DNA of 64,000 nt from Chrysemys picta bellii (lineage: Eukaryota): positions 12,338,001 to 12,402,000 of the forward strand of contig NC_088815.1 of NCBI RefSeq assembly GCF_011386835.1, written 5' to 3'. The position numbers and the translations under genes are program-made. The notes under the pieces are model-generated. The model ran no database searches. It was not told the DNA's origin and saw only the letters and a program-made list of their open reading frames with translations. This document shows positions 12,240-23,880 of this stretch, piece after piece; the stretch's first letter is position 1; every line of letters starts with the position of its first letter.

Positions 12240-12290
12240 AGAGAGAGAGAGAGAGAGAGAGAGTGTGTGTGTGCGCACGTGCGTGCGTGC
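12240..12290. repeat. Compound (GA)n(GT)n microsatellite
   Basis: Direct reading. Confidence 0.95.
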
Positions 12291-12689
12291 GAGGTTGGAC
12301 CCTGTTCTGCAGGGAGCTCAGACCCAGGGGGTTCTGATCATTCATGCAGGGTTTGGATCAGCAGCCACAGGGATGCAGCCCTGCCTCAAGGGAGGAGAAA
12401 AACAGGGTGCTCTCAGGTCTCCCTATGGGACCTTGGTCAAGGTTGTGCCTCGGTTTCCCTATCTGTACAATGAGGGGTGTAGGTGTGTGTGTGGGGAGTA
12501 ATCCTTCCTGGGTCTTGTCTAGTTAGATGAGGAGCTCTTTGGGGTAGCTCTCAGTATGTCTGTGCAGCACCTGGCACCATAGGGCCCGGAGCTGAGCTCG
12601 GGGCTCTAGGCGCTACCATAATACAAGTGAATAATTATGGGCTGGCACGGACTTGAGTGATCTGTCCATCTATTACCTGATCCATATGT

Positions 12690-12965
12690 AGTGTTTATAG
12701 AGCCCCAGTCCAGGGTGAGTCACTTCCCCGAGCAGTGCCTCAGTTTCCCCACTAGTAAAATCAAGACAATGCTATTTACCCACCTCCCAGAAGTGGCATG
12801 GCTGGCCGTTGGGGAATGTGACCTAGGGGTTAAAGCCTATGTCTGGGCATCTGCATTCTATTTTTGGCTATGTCACTGACTCACAGGGTGACCTTTGGCA
12901 AGTCACTTCCTTTCCCATGCCTCAGTTTCCCCATCTGCCAAATTAGCATAATGACACTGACCCAC
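12690..12965 (+). mobile_element. Two adjacent MIR/CORE-like SINE fragments
   Basis: gtgcctcagtttcccc at ~12736 and ~12918, each preceded by agtcacttcc. Confidence 0.7.
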
Positions 12966-15854
12966 CCCAGGGGCAGGGAGGGATGTGTTGCAGCTGCTGG
13001 AGCACAGGACTTCTGGGTTCTCCGCCCTGCTTCACCACTGACCTTGGACAAGTGGTTTCTCCCTCTGTTAAAGGGGGTAACCCCTGTCTCCTGGGGGGCA
13101 GGGGCATTGCTGGGCTATTTGTAAATCTCCGTGGCTGGGAAGGGCAGAGGACTGATAATATGACTCATTATGATGAGACTGCCCATTGGGATGGGAAGCT
13201 GCTTGGAAGAGGGAACCGTCTCTTACTGTGTATGTACAGCGCCTGGCACAACAGGGCCCTGATCGCTGCTGGGGTCTCTAAGCTCTGCCAGTGATGGTGG
13301 TACCCAGCTGGCTCTTCCACTCCCTGACCACTGCACGTGCCTCCAGTATCCACAGAGGGCACCTATGGAGGTGCCTGCCCCCTGCTGTGTCCACCCCTCC
13401 CCACACTGGTGCTGGTAACCATGCCCAACACATAGTCCCCTGTGCGTGCCATCCCGCCCCCCCGGTGGCTGATCCTGCCATTCCAGCACATCAGTGGCGG
13501 GGCCTCTGGGATGGAACAGGCATAGGCCACTTTGAAGCGGGAAACGGACCCGCCCTCCGAACCCCCCTCTTAGCAGCGCCAGGCGTGCCGGAGCCCAGAT
13601 CTCCGTCTGGGGTCACGGGCAGGGACCGCTGGTAACTCTTCGTCACCTCCTGCCAGCCAGGGACGGCCCAGAGTGACTCACCCGCCCTGGCCCCTGCAGG
13701 CCCTGTCAGCAGGTACATGGTCGGGGGCCAGGAAGGGAGCAGGATCTGTTCCTGTAAACAGGAACCCCTGGGCCACTGTGTGAGGAGTCAGCCAGGGCCC
13801 TGGGAAGTGTGCCTGGTGTGTGTGTGTGTATGAAATGCGAGGGGGAAGTACATGTGGTGCGCCTGGGCATGGGGGTGGGGGAAGTCTGGAGGGAAAGGGG
13901 GCTGGAGGAGACATCCCCTGGCCCATCTGAGCACTGACGCACCCTTCGGCTGCGGTCTCATTAGCCACAACTTGCCCTCCGTTTCTCATGATCTTCCTCC
14001 GATGCTGTTAGAGGCTGGGGCCAACCCAGCGAGAGCGGGGCCCCCGGGGCATTTGCACCACTAGAAGGCAGCTTTAGGGGGAAGGGAAATAAGGCTGGAC
14101 TAAATATGTGTGTGTGGGTGGGTGTGTGTCTGGGGGGTGCCTGCATGTGTGTGTTGTGCATGTGAGAGGGGTGCATGCACGTGAGGGGGGTGGGTGTGTA
14201 CCCGCTAGTCGAGAGCTGTGGGTTTGTGCCTTGGATGTGTGTATGTGGGCTGCGTACGTCTCTCTCCCTCCCCATGCCCATCATCACGCTATCTGGGCTT
14301 TGTCCCACACTCGCCCCCTGTCTGAGCATCCCCCCCGCATTCTCCCTGGCTCGGCCCAGTGCAATGTCTCGGGGAGGGGGGTGCTGGTGGATCCCATCGA
14401 TAGAGCCCAGCCCCTGCCCCCGTGCCGTGGGGCCCAGGCGTAACGGTCCCTGGGGAGAGGTGGCCGGCGGGGACATGTGTGCACCGAAGACACCTGACGG
14501 CAGCTAAGCCTGGGCTCCTCGCTGGCAGCAGCTGCGGTGGAGCTGCCATTACTAACTAACCGTCTGGCGTTCCTGCCCCCGGCCGGGGCGGGTGAGGGCT
14601 GCACATTCCTGATCCCCGGCCAATTAGAGCACTGGGCAAGCCCCGGGCAGGCGGCATGCCTGGGCTCTGAGTGTGTGTGTCAGCGCCCCGCGCTGCGTGT
14701 CCCCAACAAGCCACACGCCCCCCGTGGGCGGGAGCTAGCACCCGCTGACTCAGCCCCGGCCCACGGCGGCCCTTTGCCCAGGGTTCCCTCACCCCCGCTG
14801 CCCTTTGGGGGAGGGGCGCATGGGGGGGTGCGGAGAGGGTGACCCGGGCCAGGGGCTCTTCCCCTCCCCCGCAGCTGACAAACCCTGTAACCCCCTGCCC
14901 AGCCCCTCTGTGTTCATGGGGCCCTAAGCATCACCTGTCGGCGGGACTTGTCACTCTGGGGGCCTTGTGCCCATCTCCGGCACCTTCCTGTCTCTGCCTC
15001 TGCCACAGGTAGGGCCCTGATCCTGAAAAGGGGCCCGAGCACCCTCTGGCATCGGTCAAGCGAAGCAGGCAGGCGTTGGAGGCGCTGAAGGTCCTCCCCC
15101 CATCCCTGCCATACGCGTGGCCCCTACGTTGCTTTTGCAGTGCCTGCAACGGGGCCTATGGCCATCGGGCCGCTGGCTGGGCCCGGCCCCCTCGTCTCAC
15201 ATGGGAGCGACTGTCTGTGGCGGCTGAGCCTTGCCGGCTTCAGTGCTAGGCTCCCTGTCCCACAGCCAGGCCCCTGAGCCACGCAGCCCAAGCTGCGCTC
15301 CCCACCCTTGGCGGGGTGGGGGGGGAGTCAGCTCACTGGGGCATCCCAGATGCAAAGCCGGGGACCGAACTGGGATGGCGTGGGCTGAGCCGTGGCCTCG
15401 GCCCCCGGCTGGGAGCAGGGCGGCCTCCGGCAGAGCTGGAGGACGGGGGGAGGTTGGGAAGGATGATTGGCATTCCCAGTCCCAGGGGCCAAGGGAGGAA
15501 CGCAGCTGGGGGGGTTACAGGAACCAACCGCAGAGAATGACTCAAGAGGAGGAAAATCCTTCTGCAGCTGCCAAACCCAAAAGAGCAGCCGAGCAGGAGC
15601 CCCGGGTTCCCAGCCAGGGGGAGGCCCCAGCACAGGGAACCCCGGGGGAAGGGGGGAGGATCGCCCCAGCTCCTCCCCCCCCCCGCACAGGAATGGGTTT
15701 GTGTGAAATGGGGCTGAGGGGGGTGCAGAGACACCCCCTCTCTGAGGGCCTCAGGCATGTTTGTATCAAGGCCAAAGAGGAAGGGAGCTCGATGGGTCTC
15801 GCCCCAACTGAACCTTCAACCACATCAGAAAACCGCCGTGCGGGCTGGCCAGGA

Positions 15855-16170
15855 AACAGGGGCTGGGCTGCATTAGCAGGGAGCTGTGGGTCCCGGCAGG
15901 GCTGTGGGAGGGGGAACCCAGGCCTGGAATAGCAGAGAGGCTGCAGGTCACCAGCAAGGCTATGGGGGGGCGGGGGAGCAGGGCTGGAGAAGCAGGGGGC
16001 TGTGGGTCGGGATTAAGGGGCATTGGCAAAGCTGGGGGGTTGGGGAGAGCCCAGGGCTGGAATAGCAGAGGGGCTGCAGGTCACCAGCAGGGCTATGGGG
16101 GGAGCAGGGCTGGAGAAGCAGGGGGCTGAGGGTTGGGACCGAGGGGCACTGGCAGGGCTGTGCACAGAAC
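15855..16170. repeat. Imperfect tandem copies of the same GC-rich satellite family
   Basis: cccagg(g)ctggaatagcagag.ggctgcaggtcaccagca.ggctatggggg is duplicated (~15915 and ~16050); related copies at ~4297-4375 and ~17975-18085. Confidence 0.8.
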
Positions 16171-17239
16171 TCCCCTCAGCTGTACCTGGCTTTAGTGACT
16201 TTCGCGCAATGTGGTGCTAGCACTGACGGGCTCCGGAGCGGATTGGGGTCCCACTGAGCCAAGTGCTGCCTGAACCCCACGGGGTGGAGGGGCACGGCTC
16301 TGCCCTCATCTCTCTCCCTTTCCATCCATGGCTGTCACTCTTCCTGCGGCTGGTTGGCCTGCTTTGCTCTGTCTCTGGCCCTGTCTGGGTCTCTGTCTGT
16401 CAAGGCTGCAAACGGGGAGCTGGTCCCCTGGGCTGGGCTGCGGCAGAGGGATGGGGAGGGGAGCAGAGCCGTTGGCCATGGGAGAAGTGGGTTGAACTCC
16501 CTGAGTCCTCGGTCCTTTGTTACCAGGGCGGGCCTGGCTGTGACAGGAAGCGAGAGACGGGCAGCTGGAGCTGGCGCTCCAGTGCCTGGGATCTCCCCGC
16601 TCACCCTGCAGTCCCTCCGCGCACAGTACAGGCCCCGTCCCAGCTCCTCGGGGGGGAAACGGCCCTGATCCTGCCCCCACGCGGGCTAGAGTCACTCCAG
16701 GGCAGCTGGCCTGGGGTAACTGGCGCTGGGTTGGATCCAAGGGCGTTTGGCCTGCAACAAGCCCCAGCCATCGCCTCTGCCCGGCCCTGCCATGCAGATT
16801 TGTGTTCCCCTCACGCCCTCCCAGTGCCTCCTGCTGGTGCTTCTAACCTGCTGCTCGCTCGGGAAGGGGCCAGCAGGCTGGGCCGGGAGCTTTGGCTGGA
16901 AGCAGAGCTCGCTCGGAGCGTGCGCCGGAGCGGGTGGGGAGGGGGGGTGGCGGAGAGCATCTGCCAGGCCTGCCCACGGAGCCGATGTGCTGTTTGACGC
17001 CAAACAGCCCGAGAGAGACAGACAGACCCATCTGCCGGGAGTCTGGCGAGCGTGGCTCAGAGACTTCCTTTGCTTTCATGGGGGCGGCGGGGGTGTGTGG
17101 ATTTATGCTCAGTCCCCCCTCTTCCCTTTGAAAACGGTGGGGTGTCAGGTGGGATCTAGAGCAAGTTAACCTTGGGCGGCTACTTGGGCTCCTCTCCGTC
17201 AGCTGCTAGGTAAAGTAGCCCCCTGGGGTGGTGCAGTCA

Positions 17240-17590
17240 CGTGGCTGGAGTGGGGAGGGCGGGAGTCAGGGCTCCTGGGTTCTGTTCCCAGGGTTGGAAG
17301 GGGAGTGGGGGCTAGTGGTTAGAGCAGGGCCGAGTGGGGAATCAGGACTCCTGGGTTCTATTCCCAGCTCTGTGAGGGAGGATGGTGTAGTGGGTAGAAG
17401 AGGACTGGGAGCCCGGGCTCCTGAGCCCCATTCCCATCTGTGTGACCCACTGAATGGCCTTGGGCAAGTCACTCCCCCAAACCCACGCTCCATGCCTCAG
17501 TTTCCCCACCTGTAAAGCAAAGCTAATACTATTGACCCCCCACCTCATGGTGTGAAGTTACATTAACACGTCGGCAAAGCATGTTCAGAT
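17240..17590 (+). mobile_element. MIR/CORE-like SINE with triplicated tRNA-like head
   Basis: Three head units (tagtgg(t/g)taga...ggga.tcagg.ctcctgggttct.ttccca) followed by core ccttgggcaagtcac...tgcctcagtttccccacctgtaaa. Confidence 0.75.
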
Positions 17591-18463
17591 CCTGGGGTTC
17601 GGGGGGAGGCTGGCCTTGGCAGACGACACTCCTGGGCTGACAAGGAAGGACAAACTCCCCCGTCAGCACCGGCACCAGGGCCTCGGAAACTCTGTGGCGG
17701 AGCCAAGACCTCCTCTGACCCAGGGGTTCTGGGATTGCAGCCCCCAGGCAGGCCAGCTCACTCCCCGGGGTGGGTGGGGTTACTCTGACATACAATAGTA
17801 CTGCTACGGGGGCCTGCTACCCAGTCTGGGGCTCCCCAGCAAAGGGGCCAGCGAGATGATCTCCAGTGGTCTTGCCATGTGTCCCGGGAGAAGGATAGAG
17901 ACAGTTAACATGAGGGCTAATAGTTTAAAGGGGCACCACCACCTGCCCTGCAGCACACTGACCCAGGAGGTGGGGTTTGGGTCAACGCTGAAGAGCATCA
18001 GCAGAGCTGTGGGGTCGGGGGAGCCCAGGGCTGGGAAAGCAGCGGGGCTGTGGGTCGGGAGGACTGAGGGGCACTGGCAAGAGATCCCCCGTGGGGAGGG
18101 CCTGGGAACAAAAAGGGGAACTCCCCCCTGCAGGGCCAACCCTACAGCCTCCACTTGGGCACGTGATTCCCTTTCCCCAGGGGCTCCCCAGACTTTGACC
18201 CAGCATCCAAGGGGCCCAGGGAGTGTCCCCTCCCCTCACTGCCTTGGCATCAGCTAGAAAGAGACGCTGCTGAACTGGGTGCTGCTTCCCCAGAGCTCCT
18301 GTCTCCGGCCGGGAATCAAACCCAGGTCCCTGTTCCAGCACAGGGGAGCCCTGGCCCCGGAGGACCTCAGCCTGTGAGTCAAGGAGCGGAAAGGGGAGCA
18401 GACGCACTGAGGAATGAATGGTGCCAGCGGAGATGGAAAACTTGGCCTCCCAGATGGGAGCAG

Positions 18464-18471
18464 TGACGTCA
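18464..18471. promoter_or_regulatory. Full CRE palindrome TGACGTCA
   Basis: Exact motif; AP-1 TGAGTCA at 18375-18381. Confidence 0.4.
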
Positions 18472-18784
18472 TGGCTCTGAGAATAGCCCCTGGCCTCACC
18501 CCCCAGCGTTGCCGGGCGGGGACCTGATGCAGCCAAGTACGGGTCTGCGCCTGGAGCCGTGACGGCAGCACGGCCCCTGCCTGGGGTAGATCAGTTTCCT
18601 GCTCGCCAGGTCCGAGCGGAAATGCTTCTAAGGGACAGTGCGTCACCCCGGACACCTGCCTCTGAAGGTGACTTTGGGCACAGGAGAAGCAAACCCAACC
18701 ACTCAAGCCCCAGCTTCCTTGCTCATGGGGGGTTTTGTCTGTTGTTGCACCTAGTTTTGCCCCATGACTGCTCAGGTGAGGCCC

Positions 18785-19075
18785 CAAGGCTGGGTTAGCA
18801 GGGGGCTGCGAGTCAGGAGTGAGGTGCATTCGCAGGGCTGTGTGTGGGAGAGCCTAGGCCAGGAATAGCAGGGGACCGCGGGTCAGGATTGAGGTGCATT
18901 AGCAGGGCTGTGTGGGGAGAGGCCGGGCGAGGAATGAGGAGTGGGTGTTGATACTCAGGATTGAGGTGCATTAGCAGGGCTGTGTGGGGAGAGGCCGGGC
19001 GAGGAATGAGGAGTGGGTGTTGATGCTCAGGATTGAGGTGCATTAGCAGGGCTGTGTGGGAGAGTCCAGTCCGGG
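18785..19075. repeat. 72-bp tandem repeat of a GC-rich satellite family
   Basis: tcagga(t/g)tgaggtgcatt(a/c)gcagggctgtg at 18813, 18883, 18955, 19027. Confidence 0.9.
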
Positions 19076-20923
19076 AGTGGGGGTGGGGAAAGGCTGTAAA
19101 TCAGGACTAAGATGCTTTGTATGGGGCACAGAACTGGCAACTGGTGTCAGCAGCACCCGCTCACCCCCGAGCTCTCTGGCCAGCGTGGCTCTGGCGTCTC
19201 CCCCGGCGAGGGAGTGGTGACAAGCAGCCCTGCGCCCGAGCCTGCGGTGGCTGGGAGTCGCTATGGTGACTCAGCCTGGGGAGCCCAACCCGGCTCCACA
19301 GATACTGGCTCCCGGACGTCATGGCCCCGGGTCCCTCCCGCGAGCTGCATCATCCCGGCCATGCAGGGAATTGTCACACACACCGGGGAAGAGCTACAAA
19401 TACCTCCCAGCTCCTGCCCCCGGGTTCCCCGCAGCGCCGGGGGCGGCTCAGCCGTCTCTGGGGGCGGGGGTGACATCAGACCCTATTCTGGGCAGGGCGG
19501 GGTGGTGCTCCCTCATTGGGGCAGCCATGTCGCCCTCCCTCCATGGTTCAAACAGAGCCGGGTGCCCCAACCATGGGAGGGGGCAGCAGACCCCCCCCAA
19601 TTATACACATGGCTGCCCCCCCCACTAGCCAAAGGGGGCTGATCTCCACTCCAGAGGGAGGCGCAAGATGCCCACCACCTCCCCCCGGGACTGCGGGCTG
19701 GATCCAGAGTCTGTGGGGTCTGTCCATTGAGAGCAGTGGACTCAAAGAGGGGGGGCACCCCTGCTGCCTTCCCAGCCCCCTCTGCCCGCAAAGACTCCAG
19801 TTCTGAAGACGAATAATCATCTCCCCCCGGTGCCCCGGTCCCTGCCACGCTCGCTCTGCTGGGAACTGACAGCTCCTGTTCACGCACCACCCATGGCTTT
19901 CCCAAGTGCCTACCTGCGTCCCAAGCGCCCGCTGGCTGTGAGCGCCGGAGGCGGGGGCGTGGCGGGGGGAGGGCGCAGCTGCTGGGGTCTGAGGCCAGAT
20001 GTTCTTAATTCTGAGAAACCCCCCCCACCCCATTCACAGCCCCCCCCCCCCCCAGTAGAAGGGCTGAGCGAGGGAAAGCTCTGCTCTGGCAGCGTTCGGG
20101 GGGCCCGGGTGCTGCTGGTGGCATCTGGCCCCGATCTCTCCTCTTCCAATACAGTGCCCGGCTCAGTGCCTGGGACGCCCCCTCTGCCAGGCCGGTCCAG
20201 GGGAGCTAGTCATTAGCTTGCTGCTGTGCTGGGGTGAGGGAGGGGGGGCTCCTGGGCCCCAGCCACGGGTCACCTGGATGGAGGTATGATCCCCATCCCC
20301 TGGCATCTGGGAACTGCCCATGGGAAGGAGCAGGGGGTGGCGGGGGTCTCAGGACAGAGCCCCTCTGTTGGGGGTGGAGTTTAGTTAAGGCTCCGCTCTC
20401 CCTTCTTTGCGGCCACGTGCCCCCCCTCACATGGTCAGTCTGTGCTCAATGCCCTCCTCTGCTTCCCCCCCCCCCCGGACACCTTGTTGTTTTCAGCCCC
20501 TAGCTTGCTGATTCATCCTGATTCAGTGACTTCACTTCCACTTCCTCCCTGATCTCAATTCACCTGCGGACGGGCAGGGCGCAGAGCCCTGGGAAATGCC
20601 CTGCCCGGGCATGGGGGGCTCTGTGCCCTCTGCACAGCCGGGTGCCGGGGGTGTTGCTGTGGGGTCACCAGTCCTGTCGAGCCCCTTAACGCCCTCCTAG
20701 CCTGGCACCGCCCTGGCCATTCTGGACCCGCGGGAGGCCCCGAACGCAGGGACTGCAGGTCTTGGGAGGCCAGTCCCGCTACTAGGAGCCACCGAAACAT
20801 GGTACCAACGTCAAGGAAACACACGGCGCTGACTGGCCGTTTTCACGGACGCAGACGGGTGTCGACAGCCCTGGAAATGTGGGAATGGTTGGTCTGTCCC
20901 CTGGGGGCTATAATCCCCCACCC

Positions 20924-21178
20924 CATAAGAACAGCCTTACTGGGTCAGCCCAAAGGTCCATCTAGCCCAGTATCCTGTCTACCGACAGTGGCCAGTGCCA
21001 GGTGCCCCAGAGGGAGTGAACCGAACATGTAATGATCAAGTGATCTCTCTCCTGCCATCCATCTCCATCCTCTGACAAACAGAGGCGAGGGACCCCATTC
21101 CTTACCCATCCTGGCTAATAGCCATTAATGGACTTAACCTCCACGAATTTATCCAGTTCTCTTTTAAACGCTGTTATA
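20924..21178 (-). mobile_element. CR1 LINE 3'UTR fragment
   Basis: Reverse-complement CR1 tail (cataagaacagcc...ggtcag...aaaggtccatctagcccagtatcctgtct...ggctaatagccattaatggac), homologous to the tail of the 1746-2352 copy. Confidence 0.88.
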
Positions 21179-21809
21179 GACAACACTGCGCATGGGGGCA
21201 GGCAAGGGGCCTGGGGCGGGATTTGATTCGGGGCAGCAGAGGCCTGTGCGGGAGATTGCCAGCCTGTTACTAAGGGCCATGAGCTATTGCTCACCTGAGT
21301 CGCACAGGGCATTGCAATGGGGCTACTCACCAGAGTAATTTCTCCCCACGGTGACTAAGGGCTTGGCAATGAGACCCAACAGCAAGCGCCTTAATGGGGC
21401 TCCAAGGGGGAGGGGTTGCAATGGTGACCGTGGGGCAGCAATTCAGGCCAGTGTTAGACTGGCTGCCCCCACTACGTCCCTGACGTCTCCCCAGCCCGGG
21501 GACCCAGGGGTGAGACCCTCCCCCGCAATCCCTCATTCCAGTCTCTCCAGGGGTCTCTGCTGGGAACTGAACCTGGCTGGCCATGGGCCTGGTGCGGAGC
21601 CCAGGGAAAGACCCCCAGCGACTTCATGAGCTTGGGAACAGGTCCTGTGTCCAGCTGCAGAGCAGGGGATGTCCCGCCAGGTGTGTGTGAGACAGAGCGC
21701 TTGCCTGGCTGGTGCCCTCTCTGTACCCACCCGGGGGCTAGTGTGAGCTTGCCAGCGTGAGACCAGGCCCTTTGCACATCAGCTGCATCGCCAACACCCA
21801 GAACCGGGC

Positions 21810-22087
21810 CTGACCAAATCATGTGATTTGACTTAAAAATCAGGAGGTTTTATTTAATTAACATTACCCCCCCCCGCCCCGTTGCCTTCTGGGTTCAGTG
21901 CCTGGCGGGTTACCCTCAGGTCACATTTCCCAGCGTTTCTCTGCAGTCACGAGGGCTAGAAACGGACTCTGTGTTTTGTTTTGTTTTAATGAAAACCGTG
22001 ATTCCCGCCTCACCCCCTGACTCCTGGAGTTGGGGCTTCAGGGAAATACACCGAGACGCCTGATCAAATCACCAGGGTTGGCAAGGC
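21810..22087 (-). mobile_element. Non-autonomous DNA-transposon-like repeat, copy 1
   Basis: Reverse complement aligns by eye with 22740-22920 (aagcccca.ctcc.ggagtca...gcagagaaa.gctgg.aaatg); ends in a gggttggcaa TIR-like motif. Confidence 0.55.
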
Positions 22088-22719
22088 TGAGATCAGCCGG
22101 GGATTAACTCTTTCACCATTTATGGGACTCTCCCAAAACCAGTGAGTACTGGGATTCCACACACCCCCTTCAGGGGGCTGGGTTCTCAGGCACCCCCTAA
22201 AGATTTGGGGGTGGAACTCCCAGCCCAAACAGACTCTTTAAAGCTCATGCAATCGGTGACCTTTGTGCCCGGAGAACTCCTTAAGAGACCGTGCCCCGGA
22301 GACGTACCGGGGCGCTCTGGGAAGTGCTCAACACGCTTGGGGGCACTTGGGCCCACTGCGCGCTCAGCCCCATGGATTCTGGCGAAGGGGGTTGCATAAT
22401 CCGCTTGCTTTGTGTGGCTGGCGCGCTGCGGATGGGAGTAATCCCCGGCCCAGGTCAGATAATCAGATTGCAGGCGGCTTTCGTGCAGCTGCCAACGGGA
22501 TCTCTGTAGGCATTTGCTCCTCGGAGAGTCTCTCTCTCCCAAAGCGCCTCAGCCACGGGCAGTTTGAAGAACACTTCCCCCTCGAACGCCTCTGACGCAG
22601 TACAGGCAAATACGCCCCAGTCTGACTTTATTCATTAGTAAGGATTCCCAGGGCAACACAATCAACTAAACACACAAAACCCTGGGCTGATGAGAATCCT
22701 GGCTTCTCCCTGCTGGCAC

Positions 22720-22920
22720 CTCTTGCATCAGGCTGCAGTCTCTGGGTTTTTCCTAAAGCCCCAGCTCCCGGAGTCATGGGGTGACGGGAGAAGCTCAGTT
22801 CCTAGTTAAAAAAAGAAAAGAGTGAAGTCCCTCGCCCTCGCAGCTGCAGAGAAAAGCTGGAAAATGCGACACCCAGAGGGGGCACGAGACCAGAGGAAGA
22901 TTCCCAAAGTAAATGCCCCC
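22720..22920 (+). mobile_element. Non-autonomous DNA-transposon-like repeat, copy 2 (inverted relative to copy 1)
   Basis: Homology to the reverse complement of 21900-22085. Confidence 0.5.
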
Positions 22921-23744
22921 CCCTCCAATTCTCCCTCACACTGAACTTCTAGACTTTGTCTGAGGCTTTATCTTAGGGTTCCCATGCCACCGGTTTTGCC
23001 ATGGCACCTGCTAAGCTACAATTGATTCCAGCTGTCGAAGGGATTAGTGGGAGGAAGGTGGGTAACTTCAGCCCCTATCGCCCCAGGGGAGTCTACACAA
23101 GGCCCCCAAGGGAGATGGGTGCAGGTGCCAGGTTTCCATCAGCGCCGAGCACTCAGAAGCGCCTACCGAAAAGGATGGAGAGTCCCCTCCCCCACTGAGA
23201 ACAATAGAAAATCTCCCCCTGGCCCTACCTCTCCCACTGAGAACAATGGAGGCGAGGGAGCACTTGGGAAATCCGGCCAGTAGAATGCAGAGATGGGCAG
23301 ATTGGGAGGCTGGGAGAAGTCCGTGGATGTGGGGGGAGCTCGAGAACCGCTCTTCTGTGGACTGAGATTATCCATCCCTAGCAACCCAGGAGCACTGACA
23401 TATAGAACAGACAGCTTCCCCTCCCCCAACCCTGCGCTGCCCCAGTTTGCCACTTTCACAGGGGAAATCCAGAGAGTTTCCCTGGATCCTGTGGGGGTGA
23501 GGGGAGGCAGCTGGGTTGTGGACGGCGCTGTCGGGAAAAGGCATTCTGCTCCGTCCGGCCCGGGGTTCCTTGCCCCTGCCTCTCAGCCAGGCTGTGGAGC
23601 TGGGAGGATGCAAATCATGCAGGCTCCCACCCTGCTCTCACAAATCCCCTGCCCCAGCTGCTTGGCATCCTTTAGGCAGACACACCAGGGTTTATTTAGA
23701 AGGGGCGGGGGGGAGGGGGGGAAAGGAGCCGAGGCCAGCCGTGG

Positions 23745-23880
23745 CCTGTAGCTGGAACACTGAGACCCGCAGAAGAGCTCGGTGGAGCTGGAAAGTTCAG
23801 CTCAGAAGTTGGTCCAATGAAAGATAGTCCCTCCCCCGCCTCGTCTCTCTAATATCCCGGAACCCAATAGGTACAACCAT
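23745..23880 (+). mobile_element. Degenerate Penelope-like terminal repeat fragment
   Basis: agaagagctc..gagct.gaaag...cagaagttggtccaatgaaagat...gtctctctaatatcc resembles the recalled turtle PLE end with a hammerhead-like core. Confidence 0.55.

Noticed and set aside
14550-14560. TACTAACTAAC (branch-point/QKI-like motif)
   Set aside because: No polypyrimidine tract plus AG at the expected distance, and not inside a supported transcript.
15231-16997. Long ORFs of 233 and 244 aa
   Set aside because: Gly/Pro/Arg/Ala-biased, overlap satellite repeats, non-ATG starts, no recognisable domain; expected at this GC content.
16747-17169. ORF with a signal-peptide-like stretch (CLLLVLLTCCSLG)
   Set aside because: No family resemblance or splice structure; the rest is GC-driven low complexity.
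21810-22920. Large inverted repeat suggesting one long-TIR element or hairpin
   Set aside because: Copies are diverged and the TIR-like end faces inward; two independent insertions of a common MITE is simpler.
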